A program made the translations under genes and the position numbers. From assembly GCA_963675745.2 (NCBI GenBank), contig CAXXWX010000026.1, forward strand, positions 352,001 to 416,000: a DNA stretch of 64,000 nt. Direction: 5' to 3'. The notes beneath the pieces were generated by a model that ran no database searches, was not told the origin of the DNA, and worked only from the letters and a program-made list of their open reading frames with translations. Position 1 is the first letter of the stretch. Every line of letters starts with the position of its first letter. This stretch comes from Phycisphaerae bacterium. GTDB lineage: Bacteria > Planctomycetota > Phycisphaerae > UBA1845 > Fen-1342. This document shows positions 37,973-47,444 of this stretch, piece after piece.

Positions 37973-38134
37973 GACTTCCCCTACAACGACGTAGCTATGC
38001 GAGTGTACCCGCAGTCACGTGACACAGAATTCGGCGCCGCCTTTGTGCGCCACCAGCCGGTTGCCCCCTGGTCGGCCGCGGATCTTCCGTAACCGTCGTC
38101 GGGCACGGGGGCCCGACGCTACAGATGGCGCGCA

Positions 38135-40000
38135 CTATTTGCGATGAAACTGCCGCTCGAGATCGCTCAGTGCCAGGTGCAACGTCGTCGGCCGGCCGTG
38201 CGGGCAATGGCTCGAGCGCTCGGCCAGCTCACGCCGGGCCAGCAAGGCCTCGATCTCCTGCGGCGTAAGCGGATCGCCGGCCTTGACGGCGGCCTTGCAC
38301 GCCATCATGTCAAGAACGTCGTGAACCAGCGTGTCCGCCTCGGGCCGGCTGCCGTGCTCGCTGAGCAGGTCGAGTATGTCGCGCACGAACTCGCCCTGGT
38401 CAAACCCGCGCTCCTGGAGCAGCGTCGGAAACGCCTGCAAGGCCACCGATTGCGGCCCGACGGCGTTCAGCTCGATACCCAGCCGCACCAGCATGTCCGC
38501 GTGCGTCTCCAGCACTTCCAGCCGATCGGCCGGGACGCGGACGACTTCGGGGATCAACAGCCGCTGGGCTTCCAGATGTCGCGATTTCACCCGCTGACTC
38601 AGCTCCTCGTAGAGAATGCGCTCGTGCAGGGCGTGCTGATCGATGATCATCAACCCATCGCCGGTCTCGACGAGTATGAACGCATTGTGAATCTGCAAGG
38701 CGCGTGGCTGTGCGCTGCGCTCGGACGCGTCGACATCCAGCCCGGGCAATTCGCTCGAGAATGTCGATGCGATTGGCGAAAGAGGCGCTGCGTCCGCCGC
38801 ATCGACATCGGCGGTGTCAGGCTGACCCGCCACCGCCGGGTGGGGCGGCGCGGGCGCCGGCTGCCGCTGCTCATATGGCCGACCAGGGGCCGCCGTCGGC
38901 TGTTGGGTCGGGCGCTCGGGGCGGGCCTTGGTGAAGAAATCCACCATCGCTTCGCGCACGCGCTGGCGATACGCGTCTCCATCGGCGCGCGGCTTGAAGC
39001 CGTGGTCGAGGTTGGTGCTCAGGAACTTGTCGCGCAGCGCCGCCAGCACCTGCCCATGTACGTAGTTCGAGTCGCGCCAGCGGATCTCGGTTTTCATCGG
39101 GTGAACGTTGACGTCGATGCGCTCGGGGTCGATCGTGATGAACAGAAACGCCACCGGGTAGCGCCGACCGTCGATCAGGCTCCGATAGGCCTCTTTGATC
39201 GCGTGCGACACGAAGCGATCGCGCACGTAGCGCCCGTTTACGAAGACATACTCCCACTTCGTCGAGCCGCGGCTTTCTTCCGGCGGCGCGACAAGACCCT
39301 CCACGACCACGCCGTCACCATCGCGACGAATCGGCAGCAGCACGTCGGCCAGCTCGCGGCCGTAGAGATCGCCGATCCGCCCGCGAACGTCACTGGTCGC
39401 GCGCAGGTCGTGTACGCTCCGCGCGCCGCTGCGCAGTGAGAAGGCCACGCCCGGGTGGGCGAGCGCGATGCGCGCGAATTGTTCGGTGATGTGCCCTGAT
39501 TCGGTCTGTGTGGTGCGCAGGAACTTCCGCCGCGCGGGAACCGCAAAGAACAGGTCGCGTACTTCGACCTTGGTGCCCGGCCTGGCCGCGCAGGGTTGCG
39601 GCGCGGTCACCTTGCCGCCGTCCACGCGGATCGTGTGGCCGACGTCGGCATCGTGCCGGCGACTGGTGATTTGCAGCCGCGCAACCGCCCCCACACTGGC
39701 CAGCGCCTCACCGCGAAAGCCCATGGTGCGTATGTTGAACAGGTCGTCGTCGGAGCTGATCTTGCTGGTGGCGTGCTGCGCGATACAAAGGCGCAGGTTC
39801 TCGCGATCCATGCCGCTGCCGTCATCCACGACTTCGATCAGGTCGCGGCCACCATCCTGCGTTGCCACCGTGATGCACTTGGCCCCGGCGTCCAGCGCAT
39901 TCTCGACAAGTTCCTTGACAACGCTGGAGGGCCGCTCGACGCATTCGCCGGCGGCGATGCGGCTGATCAGTTCGGGCGGCAACAGGCGGATCTCCAGCAT
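38135..40000 (-). CDS. mutL: DNA mismatch repair endonuclease MutL
   Basis: IAAGE, VKELVENALDAGA, GFRGEAL, DVNVHP, DQHALHERILYE, ACK, CPHGRP. Confidence 0.97.
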   Translation of the reverse strand: MLEIRLLPPELISRIAAGECVERPSSVVKELVENALDAGAKCITVATQDGGRDLIEVVDDGSGMDRENLRLCIAQHATSKISSDDDLFNIRTMGFRGEALASVGAVARLQITSRRHDADVGHTIRVDGGKVTAPQPCAARPGTKVEVRDLFFAVPARRKFLRTTQTESGHITEQFARIALAHPGVAFSLRSGARSVHDLRATSDVRGRIGDLYGRELADVLLPIRRDGDGVVVEGLVAPPEESRGSTKWEYVFVNGRYVRDRFVSHAIKEAYRSLIDGRRYPVAFLFITIDPERIDVNVHPMKTEIRWRDSNYVHGQVLAALRDKFLSTNLDHGFKPRADGDAYRQRVREAMVDFFTKARPERPTQQPTAAPGRPYEQRQPAPAPPHPAVAGQPDTADVDAADAAPLSPIASTFSSELPGLDVDASERSAQPRALQIHNAFILVETGDGLMIIDQHALHERILYEELSQRVKSRHLEAQRLLIPEVVRVPADRLEVLETHADMLVRLGIELNAVGPQSVALQAFPTLLQERGFDQGEFVRDILDLLSEHGSRPEADTLVHDVLDMMACKAAVKAGDPLTPQEIEALLARRELAERSSHCPHGRPTTLHLALSDLERQFHRK

Positions 40001-40120
40001 AACGCCAGATTCTCGCGGGCCGCGCGCGGCGGGTCAAATGTCACCCGGCGACGGCACCATTGCCAGTCGCAGCATCCTGATACCAAGGCGGCGCGGGCTA
40101 GCGACGTAGGGTGGGGCGAG

Positions 40121-40354
40121 CTACGCGTTGGCCGGCCGATCCACGGGCTTGGCGCTGCCCGTAGCGGCGTCCGGGACGCCGAGTTGGCGCAGGATTGTCA
40201 TCGCCGGACACCAGTTCGTAAACGCCGACTGAAACAGGTTCAACCCGACAAACGCCGTAAACAGGTACCAGTACGGGCTGATCCAATAGCCCAGCGCCAG
40301 GGTGAGCAGCACGAAGAAACCGGCCATCATCCGCAAAACACGTTCAACCGTCAT
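40121..40354 (-). CDS. DUF2892 (YgaP-like) membrane protein
   Basis: MTVERVLRMMAG..FVGLNLFQSAFTNWCP. Confidence 0.9.
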   Translation of the reverse strand: MTVERVLRMMAGFFVLLTLALGYWISPYWYLFTAFVGLNLFQSAFTNWCPAMTILRQLGVPDAATGSAKPVDRPANA

Positions 40355-40725
40355 CGATCTGACTCCGTCAATCGCGGCAACCATCGCAGGTGAATGACCG
40401 GCGTCATCGCCGCCCGCGAATGCTGCCCGTACGCGTGTGCTGCCGATGCTCCAGGGGAGATTGGGCAGCCTATGCGTGATGTTATTCACCTGCATCGAGA
40501 ACATTTGTCGCGGACAGAACACGAGCGGGATTATATGGGAGGCGTTAACGGCGCGAACGCTGGGTCGCACGGGTCTGCTCGGCGTGCGGAGAATCTTGGC
40601 GGCGTTGTGTCCGGGAGCGCATAAGAAGGGCGGTAGGTACTCCTCCCCCTGTGTAGCGGGAGGTGTCCAGCCGCCGCTTCCCGGAGCACCACCACGGGGG
40701 GAGCCTAACACAGCAGGTGGTGTCC

Positions 40726-40767
40726 AAAAAAAAAGGAAAGATCAGCGAATCCCTGCCGATCCTTCCC
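40726..40767 (-). terminator. Intrinsic terminator on the minus strand with no CDS directly upstream
   Basis: GGGAAGGATCGGC-N8-GCTGATCTTTCCT stem (with G-U pairs) running into a 9-T tract. Confidence 0.75.
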
Positions 40768-41161
40768 TCCAAGTTCGGCTCTCAAACCCTAGGCTCCCCA
40801 GCTTGGGCCAAGAACCTGCTCTCACCATACTTCTAGCCACTGATCCGCCGGTGTTTCTACTGGGCTTCCGAAAAAAAGTGGTGCGTCCCGAAGCATGCGG
40901 CACGTCGCGTCGTGTTAAGCGACGAGCATTGCGGCAGTTAGGCGCGATCGCGACCGGGAGCGGGCACGGAAATTTATTTTATCTTTCTTTCGGCAACCTC
41001 CGATAACCCTCCCGGCGCTCGTGTCCCGCGGTTGCCCCCAGCCGCCCCGCCGGCTCTCCGCCCCCGTCTTGACCATCTAAAAAAGCACTATTAGAGTTCG
41101 GTTTATGCGACGGCATGCGGTCCGGCATGCCGGCTTCGGAAATGTAACCGCTCATGGAGGC

Positions 41162-42490
41162 ATGACGATGAATAACCCGCGCGCGAAGCTGTTTGTGCTG
41201 CTGTGCACCGCCCTGCTCCTGTCCCAGATAGCCGGTTGTCCCGTGACGCCCGGCGATGGTACCGGCGACGGTGACAGCAATGACGTTACCTCGGTCACAA
41301 TGGACCAGACGGCGCTCGAAGGCCTGGACGTCGTCATTACCGCAATCCCCGTGTTCTATGATGCCTCGCTCGAAGCCGGCGATGACCTGATCGCTTTTGG
41401 CACCGGCAATCTCACCGGCGTCGCGTATGTCGTACCGTCCGAGAACCCGACGGCGGCAACCGAGATTCAAGGCAACTACGACAGCGCCGGCTTTGCCATC
41501 GCCGGGAAGAAGATCCTCTTGTCCGACGAGGACAGTGACCTGGTGGTCTTTGACACCGTGACCGACACCGTCGCCCAGTTTGCGGATGGCGAGTTCTACC
41601 TCGACCGTATCCCCAGCGACGAAGGCGACGATCTGTTCAGCCCGATTCGCGCGAGCGGCAACCTGGCGCTGATCCGCAACAACGCCAACGAGGTTGACGA
41701 CGGCATGGCCCTCAAGCTGGTCGATGTCAGCGCTGCGGTCCCGACCGTTACGCCGCTGGAGAATCCGCCGGTGAACGTCTATCAAATCTGGATCGATGCC
41801 GACGAGCAGGTCGCCGTGGCGCAAGGCGGGCGCAGCTTCTTTATCTACGACCTGACGAGCACGGCCACCGCGCCGCGTGAGATCGACCTCAGCAACAGCG
41901 ACGGCATCGGCCAGGGCACGACTTTCGCCTATGACAACGGCCGCATCCTCTACTTCGCCGCCTCAAACACCGACAACGTGCGGCTGTTGAACCTCACGAC
42001 CGAGACGGCGGCGGTGCTCGCCGAGGAACCGGCCCGGCGCAACCCGGGCGTGGCGATGGCCGGCGGCAAACTGGCGTACTTCCTCGATCGCGACGCCTAC
42101 GACGCGTATTCCAACACCGACCCGGCGCTGCCCGACGTCTTCGCCGAGATATATCGCTCGGCCATCGGCCTGCCGCCGGCCACCGCCATCACCGAGGGCG
42201 GCATCGGCGGCGCTGATCCTGACACGGTCGATCTGCCGTGGTTCGCCTATGGCAGCGACCTCGCCATCCCGCCGACCGGCGACTGGATCTTCATCTCGGG
42301 CAATGAAGAGGTGAACCGCTTTGTGGAGTACATCCAGGTAAGCACCGGCAACCAGTTCGCCGCCTGGCCGCTGCCCGGCGTGGACAACTTCTACATCCCC
42401 GGCACCGACGTAACCGCCAGCGCATCAGTAGTCGCCTTCAAGACCGGCGACCACGAGCAGACGATCCTGGCGTATATCGAGCTGCCATAG
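41162..42490 (+). CDS. Acidic lipoprotein, probable beta-propeller, function unknown
   Basis: SD GGAGG, lipobox IAGC, beta-strand-rich repeats such as LVVFDT, FFIYDL, VRLLNL. Confidence 0.75.
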   Translation: MTMNNPRAKLFVLLCTALLLSQIAGCPVTPGDGTGDGDSNDVTSVTMDQTALEGLDVVITAIPVFYDASLEAGDDLIAFGTGNLTGVAYVVPSENPTAATEIQGNYDSAGFAIAGKKILLSDEDSDLVVFDTVTDTVAQFADGEFYLDRIPSDEGDDLFSPIRASGNLALIRNNANEVDDGMALKLVDVSAAVPTVTPLENPPVNVYQIWIDADEQVAVAQGGRSFFIYDLTSTATAPREIDLSNSDGIGQGTTFAYDNGRILYFAASNTDNVRLLNLTTETAAVLAEEPARRNPGVAMAGGKLAYFLDRDAYDAYSNTDPALPDVFAEIYRSAIGLPPATAITEGGIGGADPDTVDLPWFAYGSDLAIPPTGDWIFISGNEEVNRFVEYIQVSTGNQFAAWPLPGVDNFYIPGTDVTASASVVAFKTGDHEQTILAYIELP

Positions 42491-42695
42491 GGATGAAGGA
42501 CAATCCAGGCGTGCCACATTCGCAATGGGCACTGTAGCGTCGGGCCTCGGTGCTCGACGAACAGTTGTGGTGTGCGCATCGAGTGCCGGAGGTGATGGCG
42601 CTCATCAATAGATGATGCGCGGCTCCATTGGGGTGAAAATACTGGGTGCAGTGCACGCGTTGTCCGTGACACAATCGGCGAATGGTAGGCACGCC

Positions 42696-42877
42696 GTCCC
42701 GCAGGGACGCAATGAACATAGCCCAGCACGAAGTGCTGGGGCAACTGTCGGCACGTGAAGGCCCAGTCCCACGGGGACGGCTGAGCTTTCAGTCGTCCCG
42801 TGCGGGACTCGGCGGCTGCGCAGGCGATGCAAACCCAGCACTACGTGCTGGGCTATATTCAGATGCCCCTGCGGGGC
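42696..42877. mobile_element. Non-coding nested-palindrome element (MITE/REPIN-like)
   Basis: About 45-bp imperfect terminal inverted repeats (42696-42740, 42834-42877), each with a CCCAGCAC-N3-GTGCTGGG hairpin; inner inverted pair at 42765-42809. Confidence 0.7.
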
Positions 42878-43090
42878 GAACAACTCGGAAACGGCGGGCA
42901 AGGAACTCCCGCCACAAGTCTCACAGGCCCATGCACACGGACCGCGGCGCGAAATACTGGTGGTGGCCGGGCCAAGCCGGTTGTTTTGTGGGGGCTTAGT
43001 GGCGTGCTGGTGGCGACGGCCCGATACACGGATTACCGGAGTATCGTGGTGGCGGGGGTGCGCCAGCATCGCAGGAGAGGTACTGCTCTG

Positions 43091-43522
43091 ATGACCGTTC
43101 ACGCCATAAGTTCGACGCAGATTACGCGTAGCAGCCCCACGCTTGCCAGGGCCAACCTCAAGCCCGCGAAGGCCAGTCCGATGGAAGCAACGCGAACGGG
43201 CACACGGGAAACCGCCGAGCTCGCGCCGGTCTCCGCGGAGTCGATGCGTACGGGCAAGAGCGGGCGCGCCCACGGCGTGCTTCGTCTGCTGGCTGAAGGT
43301 CACTTCAAGGCCGTGCCGGAAGCGCGTCTGCGCGCCAACTTCGCCGATCTGCTGCCAGCCGCCGGTAACGCGACGACGCCGGATGCCCAACCCAGCGAGC
43401 CGCGTGCCGAAGAGTTGCCTGCTGATACTCCTCCGGTCGAGGCCGGCCCATCGATAACGCTGCTCGGCGGCTGCGGTAAGGAGCCGGTGCAGACGACGCT
43501 GTCGGTGAATCTGCTCGCCTGA
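43091..43522 (+). CDS. Hypothetical protein
   Basis: SD AGGAGAGG; low-complexity flanks around an ordered-looking core HGVLRLLAEGHFKAVPEARLRANF. Confidence 0.6.
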   Translation: MTVHAISSTQITRSSPTLARANLKPAKASPMEATRTGTRETAELAPVSAESMRTGKSGRAHGVLRLLAEGHFKAVPEARLRANFADLLPAAGNATTPDAQPSEPRAEELPADTPPVEAGPSITLLGGCGKEPVQTTLSVNLLA

Positions 43523-43564
43523 TTCAGCAACACAGGCCCATCACGAGTAATACCGCACCGCGAT

Positions 43565-43820
43565 GCTGGGTGCCATGCCGACGACTGCTCGCTGGGTGCC
43601 CTGCCGACGGCTGTTGGCTGGGTGCCATGCCGACGGCTGTTCGCGTCGGCATGCGCTTCAGCCACCGTGGTCGCGTGGCACATGCGCACACTGCAACCCC
43701 ACACGAAGGCTTCGCTATCAGCCACCTGCCGCATCAGGGTCTGCCGTGAACCAGTGCGGCGCGTCATACGGTTATGATATCCTCATGCCGACGCGAACGG
43801 CCGTCGGCATGGCACCCAGC
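43565..43820. repeat. REP-like family GCTGGGTGCCATGCCGACGG: three tandem copies plus one inverted copy
   Basis: Starts at 43565, 43591, 43617 (26-bp period); 43784-43820 is the reverse complement of 43617-43653 with one mismatch. Confidence 0.88.
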
Positions 43821-43868
43821 AGTTGGTGACGACGGTCGGCAGGCCCGGCGCCACACCCTCTTCTGGAG

Positions 43869-44126
43869 CTAGGCCCCTACCGGACTCTCGCCATCGCCTT
43901 CTGATCCTCCGGATGCGATGCCGTAAGCAGTCGCCAATCCGAGAAACGCGAACAACGCGTCAAGCAACCCCAAGTCGGCAATGACGATCTCGGTGAACGA
44001 CTCTTCCGCCAGAACCGAGTCGACGAACGTGTCTATCTCCCGCTCTCGCCACTCCTCGTACGGCGGCGGGTCGGCGTGGAGTTCGCGGAGCTCGTCAACC
44101 CAGCTCTCTTTGAAATCGGCGAGCAA
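43869..44126 (-). pseudogene. Probable 3' remnant of a membrane-protein gene
   Basis: Protein-like text LLADFKESW..LGLLDALFAFLGLATAYGIASG with no good start; upstream frame runs into the mrp promoter region. Confidence 0.45.
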
Positions 44127-44247
44127 CCGCCGGGGCTGCCAACGCCGCGCTGGGCGACTATACTCTGCGCGCACACAATAGCGGCACTTGGAGCGTGTCA
44201 GGGTCAACGACACGCCCCGATCCCCGCGGAAACGGAGCAGAGAGCGC

Positions 44248-45339
44248 ATGAGCAGTTCAACGGTCGAGAAGGACGCCGTCATCGCCGCCCTGCGCGGCGT
44301 TATAGAACCCAAGTCGCAACGCGACGTTGTCAGCCTCGGGCTTGTCCGCCCGATTGCACTGTGCGCCGGCGTGGCGCGCATCACATATCAGTTGCCAAAG
44401 GAAATCCTCTCGCCGGACATCCAACAGCAGCTTGTCGACCAGACGCGCGGGGTTCTGAAGGAGCTTGAAGGAATCAACGACGTCCAGATCGATTTCGCCG
44501 TAAAGCCGCCCACGCGCGAAGCCGCCGGCCTGCCGGGCGTCAGGCATGTGCTGGCGGTCGGCGCGGGCAAGGGCGGTGTGGGAAAGAGCACCGTCGCGGC
44601 GATGCTGGCCGTCGGTCTCAAGCAACGCGGACTCAGCGTCGGCCTGCTTGACGGCGATGTCTATGGACCGTCACTGCCTAAGATCACCGGCACCGAGAAC
44701 ATGCAACCCACCGCCGACCCGGAATCGGGCATGATCCAGCCGCCCGAGTTTCACGGCGTGAAAATCATGAGCATGGGCCACCTGGTACCGCCGGGCCAGG
44801 CCGTTATCTGGCGCGGCCCGATGGCGCAGAAGTATGTCCAGGAGTTTCTCGATCGCGGAATCTGGGGTGATCTCGACTACCTGATCGTCGATCTTCCTCC
44901 GGGCACCGGCGACATCCCGCTCACGCTCGCCCAGAGCATCCCGCTGACCGGCGCCGTCATCGTCTGCACGCCGCAGGATGTCGCACTCGCCGATGCCACC
45001 AAGGCGATCGGCATGTACCGCAAGCTGAGCGTGGAACCGCTGGGCATGGTCGAAAACATGAGCTTCTTCTGCTGCCCCGAGTGCGGGCATCGGCAGGAGA
45101 TTTTCGGCCACGGCGGCGCACGTCAGGCGGCGGAAGCGCTCCACGTGCCGTTCCTGGGCGAGTTGCCGCTGAACATGGCGATTCGCGTGGCCGGCGACGA
45201 GGGCCGACCGCTGGAGATCTTCAAGAGCGCTACGCCACACGTCACCGAAGCGTGCGAGCAGATCGTCACCCGGCTGTTGCACGAGGTTGCCGAGCGCGCC
45301 AAGAAGAGCACGCCTCTGCCGCAACTGAAGGTACACTAA
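44248..45339 (+). CDS. mrp: Mrp/NBP35 Fe-S cluster carrier ATPase
   Basis: GKGGVGKSTV, DGDVYGPS, WRGPM, DLPPGTGD, ENMS..CPEC. Confidence 0.95.
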   Translation: MSSSTVEKDAVIAALRGVIEPKSQRDVVSLGLVRPIALCAGVARITYQLPKEILSPDIQQQLVDQTRGVLKELEGINDVQIDFAVKPPTREAAGLPGVRHVLAVGAGKGGVGKSTVAAMLAVGLKQRGLSVGLLDGDVYGPSLPKITGTENMQPTADPESGMIQPPEFHGVKIMSMGHLVPPGQAVIWRGPMAQKYVQEFLDRGIWGDLDYLIVDLPPGTGDIPLTLAQSIPLTGAVIVCTPQDVALADATKAIGMYRKLSVEPLGMVENMSFFCCPECGHRQEIFGHGGARQAAEALHVPFLGELPLNMAIRVAGDEGRPLEIFKSATPHVTEACEQIVTRLLHEVAERAKKSTPLPQLKVH

Positions 45340-45360
45340 AGGCGCTTCCGCTTCGACAGT

Positions 45361-45712
45361 TCCGCGCGAATGGCACTGTAGCGGCTCGCGCCTCGCAGGC
45401 CGTCGCTACGAGATGGCGTTGCCGACATCAGGCGGCCGGCGAGGCGCCGGCCGTTACACGTTGAACGGCGCGAAACGCATCCAGCGCAAACGGCGCCAAC
45501 ACACGTTGGACGGCCCCGATCGGGTAAGGGAGACCGGTTGAGCCGGTCTCCCCTGCCGTGATCACGGTCCGCGCGTGTCGCACTGTAGCGGCCTGCGCCT
45601 CGCAGGCCGTTGCTACGAGACGGCGTTTCCGATTTCAGGCGGCCGGCGAGGCGCCGGCCGTTACACGTGACGCCGAAGCGCGGCGCGAAACGCATCCAGT
45701 GAAAACGGCGCC
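45361..45712. repeat. About 140-bp direct duplication of a REP doublet with a hairpin between the copies
   Basis: 45361-45497 is similar to 45568-45712; each has TGTAGCGG..CGCCTCGCAGGCCG and inverted GGCGGCCGGCGAGGCGCCGGCCGTTACA; GGGAGACCGG/CCGGTCTCCC hairpin at 45528-45552. Confidence 0.88.
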
Positions 45713-45728
45713 GGACGTTACGGGCGGA

Positions 45729-46160
45729 TCACAGACCCTCGATCTCAATCTTGCGCGACTTGGCTTCGGCCACCTTCGGCAGACGCAGCGTCAGGACGCC
45801 GTCCTTGAGTGTGGCTTTGACCTGAGCAACCTCGACCGCAACGGGCAGCGTCAACGAGCGCTCGAACGAGCCGGCAACGCGCTCCTGCCGATAACAGCGC
45901 GCGTTCTCGGGGCATTCAAGCTCGCGCTTGCCCTTGATGGTCAGTTGGCGACCATGCACCTGGATTTCGATGTCGTCGGCGCGCATGCCGGGTACATCTA
46001 CCTCGGCGACGAGCGCTTCAGCCTCATCCCAGAGATTCATGGCCGGCGTAGTGTGGCTCGTGGGGGCCGTGCAATCGCACGCGTCATCGAACACGCCAGC
46101 AAGTTGACGCCGCAATCCATCCATCGCGGCATACGGCGAACTGGCTCTGAGCAACAACAT
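45729..46160 (-). CDS. Hsp20/alpha-crystallin small heat-shock protein
   Basis: DVPG, LTIKGKR, ER..GSFERSLTLP, ATLKDGVLTLRLPK; SD AAGGAG. Confidence 0.95.
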   Translation of the reverse strand: MLLLRASSPYAAMDGLRRQLAGVFDDACDCTAPTSHTTPAMNLWDEAEALVAEVDVPGMRADDIEIQVHGRQLTIKGKRELECPENARCYRQERVAGSFERSLTLPVAVEVAQVKATLKDGVLTLRLPKVAEAKSRKIEIEGL

Positions 46161-46386
46161 GTCTATCTCCTTTTCACAGCGTCACTAATGGTTTCCCGGC
46201 GCTGCAGTTGTCAGCGTCACTGGTACAGATGGCACGGGACGCGCCAGTTGGCGGATATGCCATAAATAATTACACAACAGAGAGTTGCGCCACGATGCCA
46301 GTGAGCGTGTGGGCTTGAGAATACGTCGTTTTGGCAGCGTGGCAGGCAGCCGCGGGTTAGAGGATGGCGCAGGATGGCACGCGGTG

Positions 46387-47403
46387 CTACTGGGGAGGTT
46401 TGCCCCGGTCGAAGAGCATTGTCTGCATGCTGACCAACCAGCCGAGGGGGTTATACAGGGCTTCAATCTCGCCCCGGCAGTTGTACCAGCACGCCCGGCA
46501 GCGGCGTGGCGTGTAGTCGGCGCGCAGCCGACTGACAATCTCCCTGGCCGAGTGCTCGTACAGGTTGGCCACCGGACGGGCCTTTTCTTCGACGCACACG
46601 GCGATGTCGCCGGTCGAATCAATGTTGAAGAACCCCCGACCGGCCATGCACCCCGGCACACCGCCGTTGAGGGCGGCGTCGAACTTTGAAAGGAAATAGG
46701 GATTGCTCAGGAAATTGGGGTACTTGCGGCGCAGCTTCATCAGGTGGGCCGATACGCCGGCACCATTCGTGTTTACGAACCTGCTGCTGCCGGTTTTGCG
46801 GACGCCATAGGGCTGCACCATGAAGTACGCGCCGCGATCGGCCGCCATCTGGATCATGGGTTCGAGCTGGTCGATGTTGTCGTCGATCAACACGCTCATC
46901 CAGTTGACGCGCTGCCATTTGTACTTGCGCGCCCGGGTAAAGCAGTCCATGGCGCGCAGGGCGCGGTCGAATGCGCCGGGCATGCCGCGCTGCCGGTCGT
47001 GCCGCTCCGCGTCGGCATAGTCAATGCTGATCGAGACGCCCCACAGACCCGCGCTGCACAAGCTCTCGGCCAATTCGGGGGTCACGAACCAGCCGTTGGT
47101 GGTGAGGAAAGGCATATGCCACTGCGCGAGCACGCGCACGATGTCGACGATATCCGGCCGCATCAACGGTTCGCCGCCCGCCAGGCTGATCAGCACCGTC
47201 CCCAGGTCGGCCAGCTTGCGCCCGCCGCGCTCGAAGTCCTCACAGGAGAGTTCGGGGCGGTCGCCGAGCGGATCGATCCAGTAGTGGCAGAACGTGCACC
47301 GGTAGTTGCAGCGGTAGTTCACCTGCCATGAGCACCAGACAGGAGCGCCGCTCGCCCAGGTGCGCAGCAGTTGCAATTTCTTGTGAGCGGTCGTACGTGC
47401 CAC
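46387..47403 (-). CDS. Radical SAM enzyme with SPASM/twitch-like C-terminus
   Basis: CNYRCTFC, GGEP, TTNG, SISID; CMAG..GDIAVC..CRACWYNC. Confidence 0.9.
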   Translation of the reverse strand: MARTTAHKKLQLLRTWASGAPVWCSWQVNYRCNYRCTFCHYWIDPLGDRPELSCEDFERGGRKLADLGTVLISLAGGEPLMRPDIVDIVRVLAQWHMPFLTTNGWFVTPELAESLCSAGLWGVSISIDYADAERHDRQRGMPGAFDRALRAMDCFTRARKYKWQRVNWMSVLIDDNIDQLEPMIQMAADRGAYFMVQPYGVRKTGSSRFVNTNGAGVSAHLMKLRRKYPNFLSNPYFLSKFDAALNGGVPGCMAGRGFFNIDSTGDIAVCVEEKARPVANLYEHSAREIVSRLRADYTPRRCRACWYNCRGEIEALYNPLGWLVSMQTMLFDRGKPPQ

Positions 47404-47444
47404 ACAAGCTCCCGGCTGTCGGCGTCGCGCCCGGTGCGCGCGTG

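Noticed and set aside
40620..40710. SRP RNA or tRNA-Sec
   Set aside because: No SRP domain IV motif (CAGG..GGAA..AGCAG) and no cloverleaf; kept only as an unassigned hairpin.
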